Assembly: GCA_016702505.1 (NCBI GenBank) | Contig: JADJDU010000003.1 | Coordinates: 256,265 to 320,264, forward strand | DNA from: Microthrixaceae bacterium | Lineage (GTDB): Bacteria; Actinomycetota; Acidimicrobiia; Acidimicrobiales; Iamiaceae | DNA: 64,000 nt | Reading direction: 5' to 3' | In this document: positions 61,186 to 64,000 of the stretch, piece by piece | How the letters are laid out: every line of letters begins with the position of its first letter | Position numbering within the stretch: position 1 is the first letter of the stretch | Program-made: the position numbers and the translations under genes | The notes under the pieces: generated by a model | What the model was told of the DNA's origin: nothing | Seen by the model: the letters and a program-made list of their open reading frames with translations, nothing else | Databases searched by the model: none

Positions 61186-61764
61186 ATGGCCACCATCACC
61201 CCATCCGACGTCATCGACGGGGTCACCGTCGTACAACCTGACATCCACGGTGACGAACGCGGGATCTTCATAGAGACGTACCGCCGGAACTGGTTCCCCG
61301 GCGGTCGGGAGATGATCCAAGGCAACCGCGGCGACCGCCGGGCCGGAGCCATCGTCGGCCTCCACTACCACCTGCACCAGGCCGACTACTGGTACGTGCC
61401 CTTCGGGCAGGCCCGGGTCGTGCTCCACGACCTCCGCACCGGTTCCCCCACCGACGGAGCCACGCTCACCATCGACATAGGGTCGACGCCCGGCACTGCC
61501 GGGGTAGACCACGACCACCGGGGCATCTACATCCCGCCCGGAGTGGCCCACGGGTTCTCCGCGCTCACCGACATGACCATCACCTACCTGGTCGACGGCT
61601 ACTACAACCCGGCCGACGAGTTGGGGGTGGCCTGGGATGACCCCGCCATCGGAGCCGACTGGGGAGTGACCGACCCGGTCGTGTCGGCCCGAGACCAGGC
61701 CAACCCCCGCCGCTCCGACCTGGAGCCCGCCCTGCAACCTCACCACCGGCTGCGCATGGCGTAA
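61186..61764 (+). CDS. rmlC: dTDP-4-dehydrorhamnose 3,5-epimerase
   Basis: Cupin fold with ...HGDERGIFIETYR...GLHYH...YVPPGVAHGF. Confidence 0.85.
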   Translation: MATITPSDVIDGVTVVQPDIHGDERGIFIETYRRNWFPGGREMIQGNRGDRRAGAIVGLHYHLHQADYWYVPFGQARVVLHDLRTGSPTDGATLTIDIGSTPGTAGVDHDHRGIYIPPGVAHGFSALTDMTITYLVDGYYNPADELGVAWDDPAIGADWGVTDPVVSARDQANPRRSDLEPALQPHHRLRMA

Positions 61765-61805
61765 CCCGCCCCCGGTTCCCCAGCGTCCACTAAGTTCCGC
61801 ACCCC

Positions 61806-62807
61806 ATGAGCATCCTCGTCACCGGCGGCGCCGGCTTCATCGGCTCCAACTTCGTCCGCTACTGGACCGACCACCACCCCGAGGACCACGTTGTCGCCCT
61901 CGATGCCCTCACCTACGCCGGGGTTCGGGAGAACGTCGACGGGATCGACGGGGTCACCTTCGCCCTCGCCGACATCGGTGACACCGACACCGTGGCCGGG
62001 TTGCTCGAGACCCACTCCGTGGATCGCATCGTTAACTTCGCTGCCGAGTCCCACAACAGCCTGGCCGTGGTTGATCCAGCTCGCTTCTTCCGTACCAACG
62101 TCTTGGGTACCCAGGGGTTGTGCGAAGCGGCCCGTCGAGTCGGTGTCACCCGGTTCCACCACGTCTCCACCTGTGAGGTGTACGGCGACCTCGACTTGGA
62201 CACCGACGAGATGTTCACCGAGGAATCCCCCTACCGGCCCCGCACGCCGTACAACGCATCCAAGGCCGGGGGAGACCACGTCGTCAGGTCCTACTACGAG
62301 ACCTGGGACCTGCCCATCACCATCACGAACTGCGCCAACAACTACGGGGCCTACCAGTTCCCCGAGAAGGTCATCCCCTTCTTCACCACCCTGGCCATCC
62401 AGGACCAGTCGCTCCCCATGTACGCGTCTACCCAGAACCGGCGCGAGTGGATCCATGCCTTGGACCACTGCCGGGCCATCGACCTGATCCTGGAGCGAGG
62501 CCGGATCGGCGAGACGTACCACGTCGGCACCGGAGTCGAGAAGAGCGTGGAAGAGATCGCCGACCTGATCCTGGCGCACCTCGACAAGCCTCAAAGCCTG
62601 AAGACCATCGTTCCGGACCGTCCCGGCCACGACCGCCGCTACGTCCTGGACTGGACCAAGATCCGCACCGAGCTGGGTTGGGAGCCCACCATCGGCTGGG
62701 ACTCTGGCATCGCCGAGACCATCGACTGGTACGTCGCCAACCAAGCCTGGTGGGAGCCACTGCGCGACCGTGCACCGGTAGCCGAGGGAACAGCATGGTC
62801 CAAGTGA
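61806..62807 (+). CDS. rmlB: dTDP-glucose 4,6-dehydratase
   Basis: MSILVTGGAGFIGSNFV..., catalytic YNASKAG and NNYGAYQFPEKVIP. Confidence 0.9.
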   Translation: MSILVTGGAGFIGSNFVRYWTDHHPEDHVVALDALTYAGVRENVDGIDGVTFALADIGDTDTVAGLLETHSVDRIVNFAAESHNSLAVVDPARFFRTNVLGTQGLCEAARRVGVTRFHHVSTCEVYGDLDLDTDEMFTEESPYRPRTPYNASKAGGDHVVRSYYETWDLPITITNCANNYGAYQFPEKVIPFFTTLAIQDQSLPMYASTQNRREWIHALDHCRAIDLILERGRIGETYHVGTGVEKSVEEIADLILAHLDKPQSLKTIVPDRPGHDRRYVLDWTKIRTELGWEPTIGWDSGIAETIDWYVANQAWWEPLRDRAPVAEGTAWSK

Positions 62808-62817
62808 CGTCGTCGCC

Positions 62818-63690
62818 GTGAGCATCCGACGAAAGGTCCTGATCACCGGCGCGGGCGGCCAGGTCGGCCAGGAGGCCACCGACCTGTTCGGGGCGGCCGA
62901 CTGGGAGGTCGTCGCCTGTGACCGGGCCCGTCTCGACGTCACCAACCGAGACGAGGTACTCGATGCCGTGGCGACGGCCAAGCCCGAGGCGGTCTTGAAC
63001 CTGGCCGCATGGAACGCCGTCGACCTGGCCGAATCCGAACCCGACGGCGCTTACGCGGCCAACACCATGGCGGTGCGCCACCTGGCAGAAGCCTGCCGTC
63101 GCCACAACGCCCGCCTCGCCCACGTATCCACTGACTACGTGTTCGACGGGACCAAGGACACCCCCTACGTCGAGTGGGATGACACCAACCCCCTATCGGT
63201 GTACGGGCGTTCCAAACGCGGCGGTGAGGTGGAGGCCGGGTCCGAGGCGCTGGTGGTCCGGACGTCGTGGGTGTGCGGGGCCCGTGGCTCCAACGCGGTC
63301 ACCACCGTGCTCCGACTGGCCGCCGAGACGGACCAGACGCTGGCCTTCGTCACCGACCAGCGTGGCTGCCCCACTCTGGCCAAGGACCTGGCCGCCACCC
63401 TGCTCACGCTCGTCTCGGATCGGCACAACGGCATCTACCACGTGACCAACTCAGGGGCCGTGAGCTGGTACGAGTTCGTTCAACACATCCTGGAGGCCGC
63501 CGGCCACCCCGTGTCGAGGGTCCGTCCGATCACCACCGCCAAGTTGGATCCCGCTCGACCCGCTACCCGACCGGCCAACTCGGTGCTCGATCATGCCGCC
63601 CTGCGCCTAAGTGGCATAGCTCCGATGCGACACTTCTCCGAGCCGCTGGCCGAGATGATCGCTGAGCTTGCGACCGGGGCACGGTGGCGT
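62818..63690 (+). CDS. rmlD: dTDP-4-dehydrorhamnose reductase; 3' end uncertain because the frame stays open to the window edge
   Basis: GTG start at 62818 gives VSIRRKVLITGAGGQVGQE...VSTDYVFDG...YGRSK... The frame is not in the ORF track because it has no stop before position 64000. Confidence 0.75.
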
Positions 63691-63816
63691 TGCCCTGAGG
63701 CCAGCGGACCAACACTGCCAACGCGCCAGCCGGTGACGACCAGCTCCCCGCACACTCGACCGCCCCGGGTTCCCTACTCGTCTCGGGGCAGGACCAGGAC
63801 GCCCCTGCTGACGGTC

Positions 63817-64000
63817 ATGGCCGTGCTGACATCTTCGGTACTGGCCGCCTGCGGGCTGTTCGGTCGCGCCGACCCGACTGTCGGCCACAAACGCACTGCT
63901 CCCTCGCGGCCATCGGTGGTGGTACTCGACCACGGGAGTTCTCCCCGGACCCGGCTCCGTTACCGCCCGACCGCCGGCACCACCGGTGAGCTGGAGCTGC
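63817..64000 (+). CDS. possible lipoprotein N-terminus (MAVLTSSVLAACG...), in frame with rmlD and running off the window
   Basis: Signal peptide plus lipobox LAAC read from the same open frame. Partial and speculative. Confidence 0.3.
   Translation, partial: MAVLTSSVLAACGLFGRADPTVGHKRTAPSRPSVVVLDHGSSPRTRLRYRPTAGTTGELEL

Noticed and set aside
1-64000. CRISPR arrays, rRNA genes, insertion sequences or transposases
   Set aside because: None seen: no regularly spaced short repeats, no rRNA-like conserved stretches, no transposase-like ORFs.

Overview
High-GC (~68-70%) actinobacterial chromosome segment; an mshC mycothiol ligase, a DesA3-like desaturase and an F420-type nitroreductase are consistent with Actinobacteria. 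The window has three parts. (1) 1-13.5 kb is housekeeping/accessory: partial copA with copZ, a desaturase/2Fe-2S ferredoxin pair with a divergent TetR, an F420-type nitroreductase-family enzyme, a 4-gene carbohydrate ABC importer, mshC, an SDR, a carboxymuconolactone-decarboxylase-family protein, a ClC channel and a MarR. (2) 13.5-23.4 kb is a tRNA-Lys(UUU) integration hotspot. An intact tRNA is followed directly by a tyrosine integrase, a small wHTH protein and a TrwC/MobF relaxase. Lower-GC cargo follows (a secreted EEP-family protein and a lipoprotein), bounded by a 52-nt direct repeat of the tRNA 3' end (attR). A second tRNA-3' repeat about 0.9 kb further on encloses only an RHH-antitoxin/Doc-toxin pair. 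(3) 24.9-63.7 kb is a large, highly paralogous glycan-biosynthesis locus that I cannot match to a described pathway. It contains rmlACBD (dTDP-rhamnose), a CapD/WbpM-like NDP-sugar dehydratase, a fused Wzm-Wzt ABC exporter, several GT4/GT2 glycosyltransferases, a CgeB-like GT, a polytopic GT-C-like membrane protein and a sulfotransferase-coiled-coil-GT4 fusion. Most striking are two ~1,100-aa paralogous four-domain proteins with the architecture CmcI-like MTase / TylF-like MTase / GT2 / CmcI-like MTase. The locus also has stand-alone TylF-type O-methyltransferases, a B12-binding radical SAM enzyme with long extensions, a tandemly duplicated (CysE/WcaB-like hexapeptide acyltransferase + PhyH-like Fe/2OG oxygenase) pair, an SGNH hydrolase with a long extension, and two copies of a small conserved protein (MG.V.VPVPEEH...). 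I infer a heavily O-methylated, probably acylated and sulfated, rhamnose-containing ABC-exported glycan. Several GT genes at 24.9-29.2 kb, one at 32.8 kb and one MTase at 44.8 kb carry frameshifts or an in-frame stop; these are either real decay or sequencing indels. Many long antisense ORFs in the track are high-GC artefacts.
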